Assembly: GCA_965227295.1 (NCBI GenBank)
Contig: OZ245742.1
Coordinates: 1,312,001-1,376,000 of the forward strand
Direction of reading: 5' to 3'
Length of the DNA: 64,000 nt
Origin: Leptonemataceae bacterium
GTDB taxonomy: Bacteria > Spirochaetota > Leptospiria > Leptospirales > Leptonemataceae
Position numbers and translations under genes: made by a program. This document shows positions 36,069 to 45,519 of this stretch, one piece after another. Below the pieces are notes generated by a model. That model searched no databases and was not told the origin of the DNA. It saw nothing but the letters and a program-made list of their open reading frames with translations. Numbering within the stretch: the first letter of the stretch is position 1; each line of letters opens with the position of its first letter.

Positions 36069-38084
36069 TTACTCGCTAAACTTCCACTCGGCCCCGGTTA
36101 GTGCGTCCAGGACCGTCAATCCGTTCGGCCCGCGCCGAAAGGTATACGGCGGGCTGTCCGGGTAACGCAGGCCCAGTACGCTTACGAGTCCGTGGGCGTA
36201 GCTGCGATAGTAGGGTTGCACGTGCAACGCGCCCACGCGATCGCCGGAGGCGGCCGGAGGCGATGAGCGCAAACCGGCCACGTAATCGAGCAACTGACGT
36301 CCGCGGGGATACGGCGGCACCATCTCCGCGAGTTCTTCCGGCAAGTAGGCGTTCGCGAGGACGGCGCCTTCTTTCCAGACGAGGATCAGCCTGCGCGAGC
36401 CGCCGAAGTCCTCCAGGTCTTGCAGGTTTACGGCCTCGCCCGGTCGGCCATGATAGTGCATCCATACCAGGTTGCCCGCGGGTTCGCTGTAGCCCCGCCG
36501 GAGGGAGCGGGCCCGTCTGACCGCGGCGCTTAATGTTCTTTGAGAATCATCTAAGGGTTCGAAGATCTGACAGCCGGCGTCCAGTTGGAGCGGGCGGCGG
36601 ACCTGAAAGTAGTCGTAGTTGCCGCCGGTACCGGTGCAGATCGTTCGTACGCCGCGGCGGGCGAGTTCGGCAGGGAAGCTCAGGTCCCTCGCGCCGCGAT
36701 ACTCTGCGACGCCGTCCAGGCCCTGCAACAGCGCGCGCAATGAGCGTTCCGGGCGATCCGAACTGAGCAATACAGGCCGTCGCCGGAGATTATCCGGTGT
36801 GCTGCGAAACTCATCGGCGACGATTGTGAAGAGATACGTATTGCTGCGCAGACGATCGGGGTTCGCGTCGCCTACGAATTCCGCCGGGCGCAGGTCCGCC
36901 TGATCCGCACTTTCGATGCGGCAGTTTCGTGCGAGGTCCCGCCGTACACAGGCATCGCCGTCATCGGGATCACCGCCGGGCCAGTTCGAGTTGCCGTCGC
37001 GATCGCCGTCCAGCAGCATCCCTGCCGCGGTGAGCATCTCGGCTCCGGCTCCGCCCGCGCTGACGATGTTTCGCAGCAGGGAGTGCTCGCGCAACGGTAG
37101 CAGCACCAGGAGTACAGCCGCAGCCAGGGCCAGAGTTCCCGCGGCGAAGGAGCCCAGGATTGAGAGCCGCGTTCCGTTCTGCTCGTTTCGGAGTTTTTGC
37201 GCGGGTGCCGTGCGCCGCAGACTGCGCAGGCCCAGAAACCACTGCGCGGCGCAGACGAAATAGACTCCGGCGGGGACATGGTAGACGCTGAGCTGCCCGC
37301 CGCTCGTGCCGAAGCCGAAGGGCACGCCGCCGTCGATGAGTGCCGGGGAGTAGGCCTTTAAATAGAAGGCGTTCAGCACGTAGAGTCCGGCGCAGGCGAC
37401 TGCGAGGATGAGACCGAACTTTAAGAACTGCGCAGGAACCGGTACGCTTTCGTAGTGCGGATGCAGGTGCAGGCGGTAGCGGATCTGGAGTACAATGAAC
37501 AAAAAGAACGCGCAGGCGAGCAGGTTCAACGCATATACGAGAAAGAGCAGGGCGTCGTTTTCGTACCGGGCCGGGAACATGACGATGCGTGCTCCCACCG
37601 CCGCGAACAACAAGAACGCTGCGTTGTAACCGCGAAAGACGGGCGAAATGTAAATTAAGAACAGACCGGCGCCCAGGGACAACACCACCGCAAGCACGGC
37701 GCGAAGAACCGTGAACGAGGCGTCCCCACCGGCGAAGAACAACAGGAGCGGGTGCGCAATCAGTACAAATACGGCCAGGCCCGGGGCGATGCGCGCCGGT
37801 AATCCGCGGCCGTGGGTGGCCAGGGCCGCGCTGATGCGCATGGCAAAGAAGATTGCGTTGAAGACCAGGGCATAAATGCCGGCGCAGGCCAGGACAAGCA
37901 GCGCCGCCGCGGCCACGGTCGCCCCGCTTTCCGTCAGCGTCACATCCGCCGTCAGGCCGCGCCACAGGATTAACATACTTTCAGGAATAATTAAGGCGGA
38001 CCAGGCGATGAAAGCGGCGTTGAATCCGGCGAAACCGGAGCCCAGCAGGTACTGTAAGTATGCAGAGAGGCGGACTCGCAACAT
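36069..38084 (-). CDS. Polytopic membrane protein with soluble C-terminal domain (possibly degenerate sulfatase-like)
   Basis: About 9 TM segments, DGDRDG..GGDPDDGD acidic loop, then an alpha/beta region; start placed at ATG 38084. Confidence 0.65.
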   Translation of the reverse strand: MLRVRLSAYLQYLLGSGFAGFNAAFIAWSALIIPESMLILWRGLTADVTLTESGATVAAAALLVLACAGIYALVFNAIFFAMRISAALATHGRGLPARIAPGLAVFVLIAHPLLLFFAGGDASFTVLRAVLAVVLSLGAGLFLIYISPVFRGYNAAFLLFAAVGARIVMFPARYENDALLFLVYALNLLACAFFLFIVLQIRYRLHLHPHYESVPVPAQFLKFGLILAVACAGLYVLNAFYLKAYSPALIDGGVPFGFGTSGGQLSVYHVPAGVYFVCAAQWFLGLRSLRRTAPAQKLRNEQNGTRLSILGSFAAGTLALAAAVLLVLLPLREHSLLRNIVSAGGAGAEMLTAAGMLLDGDRDGNSNWPGGDPDDGDACVRRDLARNCRIESADQADLRPAEFVGDANPDRLRSNTYLFTIVADEFRSTPDNLRRRPVLLSSDRPERSLRALLQGLDGVAEYRGARDLSFPAELARRGVRTICTGTGGNYDYFQVRRPLQLDAGCQIFEPLDDSQRTLSAAVRRARSLRRGYSEPAGNLVWMHYHGRPGEAVNLQDLEDFGGSRRLILVWKEGAVLANAYLPEELAEMVPPYPRGRQLLDYVAGLRSSPPAASGDRVGALHVQPYYRSYAHGLVSVLGLRYPDSPPYTFRRGPNGLTVLDALTGAEWKFSE

Positions 38085-38085
38085 C

Positions 38086-39186
38086 TTAGCGGCGTATCTC
38101 CAGTTCTTCGGGATCGGATATGTAAAGATGCTCGGGCACGTTGGAAATCTCCCAGAGCTCGGCCTGCACGTAGATCGGAGCGCGCGTACCCGCCGGGATG
38201 CGCAGCGTAGTGACACCGCTGCCCCGGTCGCTGCGATAAAAGCTTTCCCCGGTGATGCCCGCATCCGCGCGTACGCGTCCACCCGGCCCGGCGGCGGCCG
38301 GCCGGTCCACGGCCTTGACGTTCACCATGAAGTTGCCCGGACGTTGATGATAAAAACGAAAGGCGACGTCGTAGACGGCTTCGCCGTTCTCCACACCCCT
38401 TAACTTTATGCGAGTGATTTCTAACGGCCGGCGCTGCGTCTCCGAATGCGTGGGCGACAGGCGTCGACGCGGGGCGTCGCTCCAGGCACGCTCCACCCGC
38501 GTGTTGCGCCGTTCCAGCGGCGTCGGCGGCGGGGCGTAGTTTCCGACAGGCGGAGCATCCTGCACGCTCTGGCGGATCGCCTCTTCGAGATCGCCATGAT
38601 TTTGTACATCGAAGTAGCGGCCCTCGCCCGCCTTCGCGATGCGACCGAGTTCCGAGGCGGTCTGCTCATCCACCGAAAGCCCGATCACGTTGATCTTCAA
38701 ATCCGTGCCCACCGCAAGCAGTCGTCGGGCCTCGCCCTCGGGATCACCGCCGCAGCTCTCGGCGCCGTCGGAAATCAGGACGACCCGCGTCCCCGGATAG
38801 AACGGCAAAAGGTCGCGGCCCACCAGGCGCAGTGTGCGGGCGATGGGCGTGCTGCCGGCGGGCTCCAGGCGACTTACCTGGGTCTTCAGTGATTTGCGAT
38901 TTTGTGTTCGAATGGGGGCGTAGATGCGGGCGGAGTCGCAGCCGGGAATGCGATTGCCGTAGGCCACCAGGCCGACGGGGACGTCGTCGCCGAGGCGACC
39001 GAGCTGTTCGTCGAGCATAAGTCGCGCGGCGCTCATGCGCGGCACATCGCCGAATTTCTCGGCCATGCTGCCGGAGGCGTCCACGATGAACAGGACCGGG
39101 GGCTGTGAGCCGGTGTCATCCCGGGCCTGGAGCGGCAGGATGGCGAGGGCGCAGAGCAGACCCAGAATCACGCGGGCGGGGTTCAC
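38086..39186 (-). CDS. Secreted von Willebrand factor A domain protein
   Basis: MIDAS motif DASGSM, GSTPI, LISDGAESCGGDP. Confidence 0.9.
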   Translation of the reverse strand: MNPARVILGLLCALAILPLQARDDTGSQPPVLFIVDASGSMAEKFGDVPRMSAARLMLDEQLGRLGDDVPVGLVAYGNRIPGCDSARIYAPIRTQNRKSLKTQVSRLEPAGSTPIARTLRLVGRDLLPFYPGTRVVLISDGAESCGGDPEGEARRLLAVGTDLKINVIGLSVDEQTASELGRIAKAGEGRYFDVQNHGDLEEAIRQSVQDAPPVGNYAPPPTPLERRNTRVERAWSDAPRRRLSPTHSETQRRPLEITRIKLRGVENGEAVYDVAFRFYHQRPGNFMVNVKAVDRPAAAGPGGRVRADAGITGESFYRSDRGSGVTTLRIPAGTRAPIYVQAELWEISNVPEHLYISDPEELEIRR

Positions 39187-39263
39187 CTTTTCTATATCGA
39201 CTTTCCGGAGACGGTACTTAGTGAAGTATTTGACAATCCGTTCCCCGGAGCCTCCCTTTCGCT

Positions 39264-40073
39264 ATGTCCCAGAATACCGGCGTGAAAGACGTATCCGAGG
39301 CCGATTTCAGTGCCGAGGTCATTGAGGCCTCCCGGACCATCCCGATTCTCGTCGATTTCTGGGCGGAGTGGTGTGGTCCGTGCCGCATGGTGGGGCCCGT
39401 CGCCGAAGCCCTGGCCGCCGCGCCGGAGTACCGCGAGCGATTTCGACTCGTGAAGATCAACACGGACCAGAATCCGTCCCTGTCGCAGCAGTTCGGCATT
39501 TCGAGCATTCCGGCGTTTAAGCTGTTCATGGACGGTGAGGTCGCCTCGGAGTTCATCGGCGCGTTGCCGGAGCAGGCGTTGCGTCGTTTCCTCGATACGA
39601 ATCTGCCGGACCCGCGGGCCGTCGAGATCGCGACCCTGGCCAAAACGGATCTCATCGCCGCGGCGCAGAAGGTATTGGAGACCGGGGCCGGCGGCCATTC
39701 CGCGGAGGACATCCTCTGGCACGCCGCCTTGCTGCGCATGGATACCGGCGACGATCCGTACGAATTTTTGTCCGGCATCCCGGAGGTGGGCGGCAAGTTC
39801 TCGGACGCCCGGGCAGCGTTGCTGAAGTTTCTCCAGCACGATCCGGAAGTCGACGACCGCAATCATCTCAAAGAGCTGCTGGATCACGAGGAAACCGGTG
39901 ACGAACAAAAGATCCGCGCGGCCCTCGACTACTTCCTGAAAAAAGTCGAAGACGCCCGGCCGGATGATCGCAAGCAGGAGAAGGACGATATGCTGCTGGC
40001 CTTCCAGATCCTCGGCAACTCCGGGCCGCTGGTGGACGAGTATCGCCGCAAGCTTTCGTCGATATTATTCTAA
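39264..40073 (+). CDS. Thioredoxin-TPR chaperedoxin (YbbN/CnoX-like)
   Basis: DFWAEWCGPC plus helical C-terminus ending YRRKLSSILF. Confidence 0.9.
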   Translation: MSQNTGVKDVSEADFSAEVIEASRTIPILVDFWAEWCGPCRMVGPVAEALAAAPEYRERFRLVKINTDQNPSLSQQFGISSIPAFKLFMDGEVASEFIGALPEQALRRFLDTNLPDPRAVEIATLAKTDLIAAAQKVLETGAGGHSAEDILWHAALLRMDTGDDPYEFLSGIPEVGGKFSDARAALLKFLQHDPEVDDRNHLKELLDHEETGDEQKIRAALDYFLKKVEDARPDDRKQEKDDMLLAFQILGNSGPLVDEYRRKLSSILF

Positions 40074-40077
40074 GCGA

Positions 40078-40593
40078 ATGGCTCAAGCACGCATCGGCAC
40101 GCTCTTCGTTTGTCTCGGCAATATCTGCCGTTCTCCGGCGGCGGAGGGCACCTTCGCCCACGTTGTGAAACAGCGCGGCCTGGAAAAAAGTTTTCACATC
40201 GATAGTTGCGGCACATCGGCGTATCACATCGGCGAGCCGGCGAACGCCAACTCCCGCAAGACCGCGAAGAAGTACGGCATCGATCTCACGTCCCGCGCCC
40301 GGCAATTCGAACGGGGCGACTTCCGGCGTTTCGATTATATTTTCCCCATGGACGCGAGTAACTTCGAAGAAGTGCTCGCACTGGCGCCCACACCCGAAGA
40401 TGAGCAGCGCGTCTGGATGTTTCGCGGTTTCGATCCCGAGGTGAACGACGGCAACGGCGAGCCGCCGCGCCGGGCCGCGGGCGTGCCGGACCCGTACTAC
40501 GGCGGAATGGACGGCTTCGAGAACGTGCAGCAGATCTTGCTGCGGACTTCGGAGCGACTGGTGGATTGGTTGATGAAGCGGCACTTAACATGA
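40078..40593 (+). CDS. Low-molecular-weight protein tyrosine phosphatase
   Basis: VCLGNICRS P-loop; DPYYGG. Confidence 0.95.
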   Translation: MAQARIGTLFVCLGNICRSPAAEGTFAHVVKQRGLEKSFHIDSCGTSAYHIGEPANANSRKTAKKYGIDLTSRARQFERGDFRRFDYIFPMDASNFEEVLALAPTPEDEQRVWMFRGFDPEVNDGNGEPPRRAAGVPDPYYGGMDGFENVQQILLRTSERLVDWLMKRHLT

Positions 40594-41516
40594 ACTCAAA
40601 GAAAGTTACGATCTACGAAGTCGGCCCCAGAGACGGCCTGCAAAATGAAAGCCGACCGGTTTCCGCGGAGGCAAAGATCCGTTACATCGAAATGCTCGCC
40701 GACGCGGGGCTTAACCACATCGAGGCGTCGTCGTTCGTGCGGCCCGGCGCCATCCCGCAACTGTCCGATGCCGCCGAAGTCTTTGCGGGCCTGGCAGCCC
40801 GCGGAAACGTCGCCGACAACGTGCGATTGATCGCGCTTACGCCGAATCGTCGGGGGATGGAGAACGCCCTCGCGGCCGGTGCTCGTGAGGCGGCGGTCTT
40901 TACGGCGGCGTCGGAGTCGTTCACGAAAAAGAACATCAACAGCACCATCGACGAGTCTTTCGCGCGTTTCGCCGACGTGATGGAACTGGCCCGGGAAATG
41001 AAGCTGCCGGTGCGCGGATACGTGAGCACCGTCGTGGAGTGTCCCTACGAAGGACGCGTGAATCCGGAGAAAGTACGCGAGGTTACGCAGCGACTGTTCG
41101 ATGCCGGCGTGTATCAGGTATCGCTGGGAGAAACCATCGGCGTCGCCACGCCGGACGATATCTCGCGTTTGCTCGACGTTTTATTAAAAGATCTTCCCGC
41201 CGATCAACTGGCCGGTCACTTCCACGATACGCGGGGTACGGCGCTCGCGAACGTCTACCGGGCCATGGAGTTCGGTCTGCGAATTTTTGACGCCAGCTCC
41301 GGCGGTCTCGGTGGTTGTCCGTATGCGCCGGGCGCGGCGGGCAATCTGGCGACGGAGGACCTGGTGTATGCGTTGCATCGTGACGGCTACGAAACCGGTA
41401 CGGTTCTCGAAAAAATTGCGACAGCGACGGAATTCATGCTGACGGAAATCGGCAGGCCGGCGACCTCAAAGGCCTATCTTGCCGTCCAATCAAAGTTACG
41501 CAAGGCGGAAGCCTGA
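40590..41516 (+). CDS. Hydroxymethylglutaryl-CoA lyase
   Basis: EVGPRDGLQNE, HFHDTRG, GLGGCPYAPGA.GN.ATED. Confidence 0.95.
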   Translation: MNSKKVTIYEVGPRDGLQNESRPVSAEAKIRYIEMLADAGLNHIEASSFVRPGAIPQLSDAAEVFAGLAARGNVADNVRLIALTPNRRGMENALAAGAREAAVFTAASESFTKKNINSTIDESFARFADVMELAREMKLPVRGYVSTVVECPYEGRVNPEKVREVTQRLFDAGVYQVSLGETIGVATPDDISRLLDVLLKDLPADQLAGHFHDTRGTALANVYRAMEFGLRIFDASSGGLGGCPYAPGAAGNLATEDLVYALHRDGYETGTVLEKIATATEFMLTEIGRPATSKAYLAVQSKLRKAEA

Positions 41517-41520
41517 GGAG

Positions 41521-42117
41521 ATGTTTATGTCCTTTGAGAATAGTACACGGAAGTTGCACGTCTCGCGGATGCTTGCGGTGCTGGCCGCGGCCGCGCTGTT
41601 CGTGCTTACGGCGGCGCCGGGCATTCAGGCCCAGGGTTCCGTCTGGAAACTGGATCGCGCGAATTCTTCTATTAAGTTCGTTGCCGGATCGCGCCTGGGC
41701 GATGTGCCGGGTGTCTTTGATGAGTGGTCCGCCGACGTTACGGTGCCGGCCGATCTTACGAAATCCTCCGGCAAGATCGTGGTGCAGGTCGAATCGATCG
41801 ATACAAAGAATCGTCGCCGCGACGATCACCTGCGCAATCCGGACTTCTTTGAAGTGGAGAAGTTCCCGACGGCGACCTTCGTGATTCAGTCCGTCGAAGA
41901 CAACGAGGACTCGGTGCGTGTGAGCGGTGAGTTTACGATCAAAGGCACCGCGAAGTCGGAGACCATTCGCTTTCGCAAAGAAGTGGAAGGTGACACGCTG
42001 ACTCTGAAAGGCCAGGTCGTGATCGATCGTTTCGCCTACGGCATCACCTACGATAGCATCTTTAATCCGATTGAGCAACAGATCCCGTTGCGGCTGTCGC
42101 TTAAGTTTACGAAGTAG
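41521..42117 (+). CDS. YceI-family lipid-binding protein
   Basis: WKLDRANSSIKF, SIDT.N.RRDDHLR..DFF.VEKFP.ATF. Confidence 0.9.
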   Translation: MFMSFENSTRKLHVSRMLAVLAAAALFVLTAAPGIQAQGSVWKLDRANSSIKFVAGSRLGDVPGVFDEWSADVTVPADLTKSSGKIVVQVESIDTKNRRRDDHLRNPDFFEVEKFPTATFVIQSVEDNEDSVRVSGEFTIKGTAKSETIRFRKEVEGDTLTLKGQVVIDRFAYGITYDSIFNPIEQQIPLRLSLKFTK

Positions 42118-42127
42118 ACTGCGCGGT

Positions 42128-43066
42128 TCAGTCCTGCATGACGGCACGCGCCGTCCAGCGAGCGATGTCCACGGCGTAGAGTCCGGGCTTGCCCTCGACT
42201 CTACGCGCCCGGATTCCAAAAGACACGCCGCCCTGCAGGGTGCGAATGGCCGCGATGCTGTCGGCCGCCTGGCGATGTACGTCGTAGTTCCGGCCGTCTT
42301 CGCAGGACAGGCGGCCCGTCCAGAGGTCCCCTCCGGGATCGAAGCCGCGCAGGCTGAAGACGCAGCCGCCGAGTTCCAGGCCGGTCCCCGTGCGAACTTC
42401 CCTGTGTGTATCCTGTAGAGTGATGTTGTAACGCTGCGGTAAAAACGCAAAGTGAATTTCGGCGCCGCCCCAGGTCTTGCTGTTCTCCGTGGAAGCCTTT
42501 AACTTTCCTTCAAATTCAGTTACCGCCAGGCTCAGGTCCACATGAGTGCCGTCGGTGCTCGTGACGGACACGGAGCCGGCGCGGAGCATGCGCGTGATGA
42601 CGACGTACTCCACGCCTTCGCCGGCGAAGAGCTCGCGTTGTCCCTGGGCGCACGATCCCGCGGGATCAAAGAAGACGTTCTGCATCCAGTACTCGCGGAT
42701 GTCTTTTAACGCGAGGGTGCCGGTGAACTTCAAGGCCGCTCCCGCTTCGGCTTCGCCCAGGCCGAACATGGGACCGAAGTCCCGGGCCAGGGCCGCGCCG
42801 CCGCCGTAGCTTTCATCGAAGGAATGTTCGTAAACGGATTGGCCGGCATAGCCGCGATCATCGCGCCGGCCGTCGAAGCAACGATTGGTCTCAAGTTTCG
42901 CTTCGCTTTCATTGCTAAGGTGCAGGCCGCGAACGTCTTTCGCCGTGGGCGGCAGCATGGGCCGGTAGCCGGGCGCGTTGTCTTTGAGATACAGTTCGAT
43001 CTGTGAACTGCGACAGCCGACCAGGCTCAGCATCGCGAGAACGAACGCCAGATGTTTAGCTTTCAT
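42128..43066 (-). CDS. Hypothetical lipoprotein, candidate gasdermin-like pore-forming fold
   Basis: Lipobox LVGC (Cys18); blocks GYRPMLPP, YVVITRMLRA, VDLSLAV..GKLK, IHFAF. The ORF is well supported; the fold call is inference. Confidence 0.7.
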   Translation of the reverse strand: MKAKHLAFVLAMLSLVGCRSSQIELYLKDNAPGYRPMLPPTAKDVRGLHLSNESEAKLETNRCFDGRRDDRGYAGQSVYEHSFDESYGGGAALARDFGPMFGLGEAEAGAALKFTGTLALKDIREYWMQNVFFDPAGSCAQGQRELFAGEGVEYVVITRMLRAGSVSVTSTDGTHVDLSLAVTEFEGKLKASTENSKTWGGAEIHFAFLPQRYNITLQDTHREVRTGTGLELGGCVFSLRGFDPGGDLWTGRLSCEDGRNYDVHRQAADSIAAIRTLQGGVSFGIRARRVEGKPGLYAVDIARWTARAVMQD

Positions 43067-43487
43067 CGATCACACCTTTAATTTCGTCGAGGAGTTGCAG
43101 GTGGAGCCGGTGGCGATTGTTAAAGACCGTACGATACCCCGCCGAGTAACAATCGACTTCCGCACTGACTGTGAAGTAGACTTCAATCTCGCCGGACATC
43201 GTCTGCCCATCTGTCACGTTCAGGAGCGGGCGCACATGGCCGCGGTAACGGTACTGTATGTGATCTTCCAGGCCGTCGCTCTGATATTCGATCGCGATTT
43301 CCTGATGCGCCGGAGAGTACGCGACGTTGGCGGCCCGGTCGCTGAAGTGCTCGCGGAGACGTGTGACGAGCCGCGCCAGTTGATCGTCGTAGGCGCGGCC
43401 GAAGGCTGCGGGGTCGTCCACGGTGATGCGTAGCGGTCGGGCGTCTATTTCGGTGCGCTCGAACTCGGAGGGATATAACAACGGCAT
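43056..43487 (-). CDS. Hypothetical protein coupled to the downstream lipoprotein
   Basis: 143-aa ORF overlapping the next start by 11 nt. Confidence 0.6.
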   Translation of the reverse strand: MPLLYPSEFERTEIDARPLRITVDDPAAFGRAYDDQLARLVTRLREHFSDRAANVAYSPAHQEIAIEYQSDGLEDHIQYRYRGHVRPLLNVTDGQTMSGEIEVYFTVSAEVDCYSAGYRTVFNNRHRLHLQLLDEIKGVIDES

Positions 43488-43681
43488 GACGCAGCAGACG
43501 CACGTGTTGGCGGCGCCTCAAGGTGGATTAGAGTCGCGGCGGGCGGGGCGGCGGTTTTCCGGGCGCTTTCTTCAACATGTTCGCGAAGCGAACGCCGTTC
43601 CGGGAACTATGTGACATGCACGGCGGTCGTAGCTCCTGTTTTTCGTGGTCGGCAGAGGCGGCTTCGATTTTCATAGCACGG

Positions 43682-44776
43682 ATGAAGATCGCGGTATTGG
43701 TTTCGGGCGGAGTGGACAGCTCCGTGGCTCTGCGTCTGCTCCAGGAAGAGGGGCACGACGTGACCGCGTTTTATTTAAAGGTCTGGTTGGAAGATGAACT
43801 GGACTTCCTCGGCGAATGTCCGTGGGAAGAGGACCTGGAGTACGTCCACGAACTGTGTGACAGCCTCGGCATCGACATGCGCGTCGTTCCGCTACAGCAG
43901 GATTATCGTGAGCGCGTCATCAGCTACGCGCTGCACGAGATCGAACAGGGCCGTACGCCGAACCCGGATATCATGTGCAACTCACGCATCAAGTTCGGCT
44001 GTTTTTATGATCGCATCGACGAACGTTTCGACGGTGAGTTCGAGAAGGTCGCCACGGGTCACTATGCCAACGTCCGGCGAACCGGCGAGATTTACCGGCT
44101 GACGACGACGCCGGATCCCGTGAAAGACCAAACTTATTTTCTTGCGCACTTAAGCCAGGCTCAGGTTGCGCGGGCGCTCTTTCCCATCGGCAAATATCAG
44201 AAGTCGGAGGTTCGGGATCTTGCGAAGCGCTTTGACCTTCCGACCCAGGCTCGGAAGGATTCCCAGGGCTTGTGTTTTCTGGGAAAGATCAGCTTTCGTG
44301 ATTTCATCAAACATTATCTGGGCGAGCGCAGCGGCGACATCGTGGAGCTGGAGAGCGGAGAACGCCTGGGCGAGCACAGGGGCGTCTGGTTTTATACGAT
44401 CGGACAGCGTTCCGGCCTGGGGCTCTCGGGCGGGCCGTGGTACGTGGCGCGGAAAGATCCCGCGAGTAACACCGTCTACATTTCCCGGAACTACTTTTCC
44501 GACGACAAAGAACGCAACGCCTTTATGGCGGGCGAGTTCAACTGGATCGAAGGCGCAGCGCCGGAATCGCGGGAGCTGAAGGTCAAGATCCGCCACGGTG
44601 AAAAGATGTATGATTGCGCACTGGAGCCGCAAAGCGGCGATGGTGCTGACTTCGGTTCAGCAAAAGTTAGCATCGACGGTCGAGATCAGGGCATTGCCGC
44701 GGGACAGTTCGCCGTGTTTTACGATCGCGCCGGAGACGTTTGTCTCGGTTGCGGCATGATTTTAGAAGCACTGTAA
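43682..44776 (+). CDS. mnmA: tRNA-specific 2-thiouridylase MnmA
   Basis: SGGVDS, TPNPDIMCN, ATGHYA, KDQTYFL, DSQGLCF, YTIGQR. Confidence 0.97.
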   Translation: MKIAVLVSGGVDSSVALRLLQEEGHDVTAFYLKVWLEDELDFLGECPWEEDLEYVHELCDSLGIDMRVVPLQQDYRERVISYALHEIEQGRTPNPDIMCNSRIKFGCFYDRIDERFDGEFEKVATGHYANVRRTGEIYRLTTTPDPVKDQTYFLAHLSQAQVARALFPIGKYQKSEVRDLAKRFDLPTQARKDSQGLCFLGKISFRDFIKHYLGERSGDIVELESGERLGEHRGVWFYTIGQRSGLGLSGGPWYVARKDPASNTVYISRNYFSDDKERNAFMAGEFNWIEGAAPESRELKVKIRHGEKMYDCALEPQSGDGADFGSAKVSIDGRDQGIAAGQFAVFYDRAGDVCLGCGMILEAL

Positions 44777-44779
44777 AGT

Positions 44780-45493
44780 ATGAGCAAGAACGTATTCATT
44801 ACCGGCATCTCCAGCGGTCTCGGCCACGGCTTCGCCCGGACGTACCTGGAAGACGGTGACACGGTCTTCGGCATTTCCCGGAGCGAACCCGAAGATTTAC
44901 CGAACAGCGAACGATTGCACTTTCGTTCGGTGGACCTCGCGAAACTCGACGGCATTGCGGCGGAGATTCGCGCGCTGCTGGACGGGGTGAGTACGATCGA
45001 TCTGGCGATTCTGAACGCGGGTGAGCTGGGTGAGATCATGGACCTGCGCGATCGATCCATGAAGGACCTGCTGCATACGACGGACGTGAATCTCTGGGCG
45101 AACAAACCCATCATCGACGTGTTGTGTGAAAACGGGCGTCATGTGCGTCAGATCGTCGGCATTTCCTCGGGAGCATCGATCAACGGCAATCGCGGCTGGA
45201 ACGCCTACTCCATCTCCAAGGCCGCGTTCAATATGATGATCAAACTCTACTCTCGCGAACTTCCGAACACTCACTTTGCGGCCCTGGCGCCGGGGCTCAT
45301 CGACTCGGCCATGCAGGAGTACGCTTACACCGTGCCGGACGCGAAAAAGTTTCCGGACATTCAGCGTCTCCGGGACGCGCGGTTCACGGACGCCATGCCT
45401 GAACCCTACGCAGCCGCGCAGCGAGTACGGGCGGCCTTTCCGAAACTGCTCAAACTGGAGAGCGGCAGCTTCGCAGACGTCCGTAAGCTGTGA
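44780..45493 (+). CDS. Short-chain dehydrogenase/reductase (sepiapterin/benzil reductase-like)
   Basis: TGISSGLG, NAG, ISSGA, YSISKAA. Confidence 0.92.
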   Translation: MSKNVFITGISSGLGHGFARTYLEDGDTVFGISRSEPEDLPNSERLHFRSVDLAKLDGIAAEIRALLDGVSTIDLAILNAGELGEIMDLRDRSMKDLLHTTDVNLWANKPIIDVLCENGRHVRQIVGISSGASINGNRGWNAYSISKAAFNMMIKLYSRELPNTHFAALAPGLIDSAMQEYAYTVPDAKKFPDIQRLRDARFTDAMPEPYAAAQRVRAAFPKLLKLESGSFADVRKL

Positions 45494-45519
45494 TTCATTA
45501 AGTTGGCATTAAGAGAACC

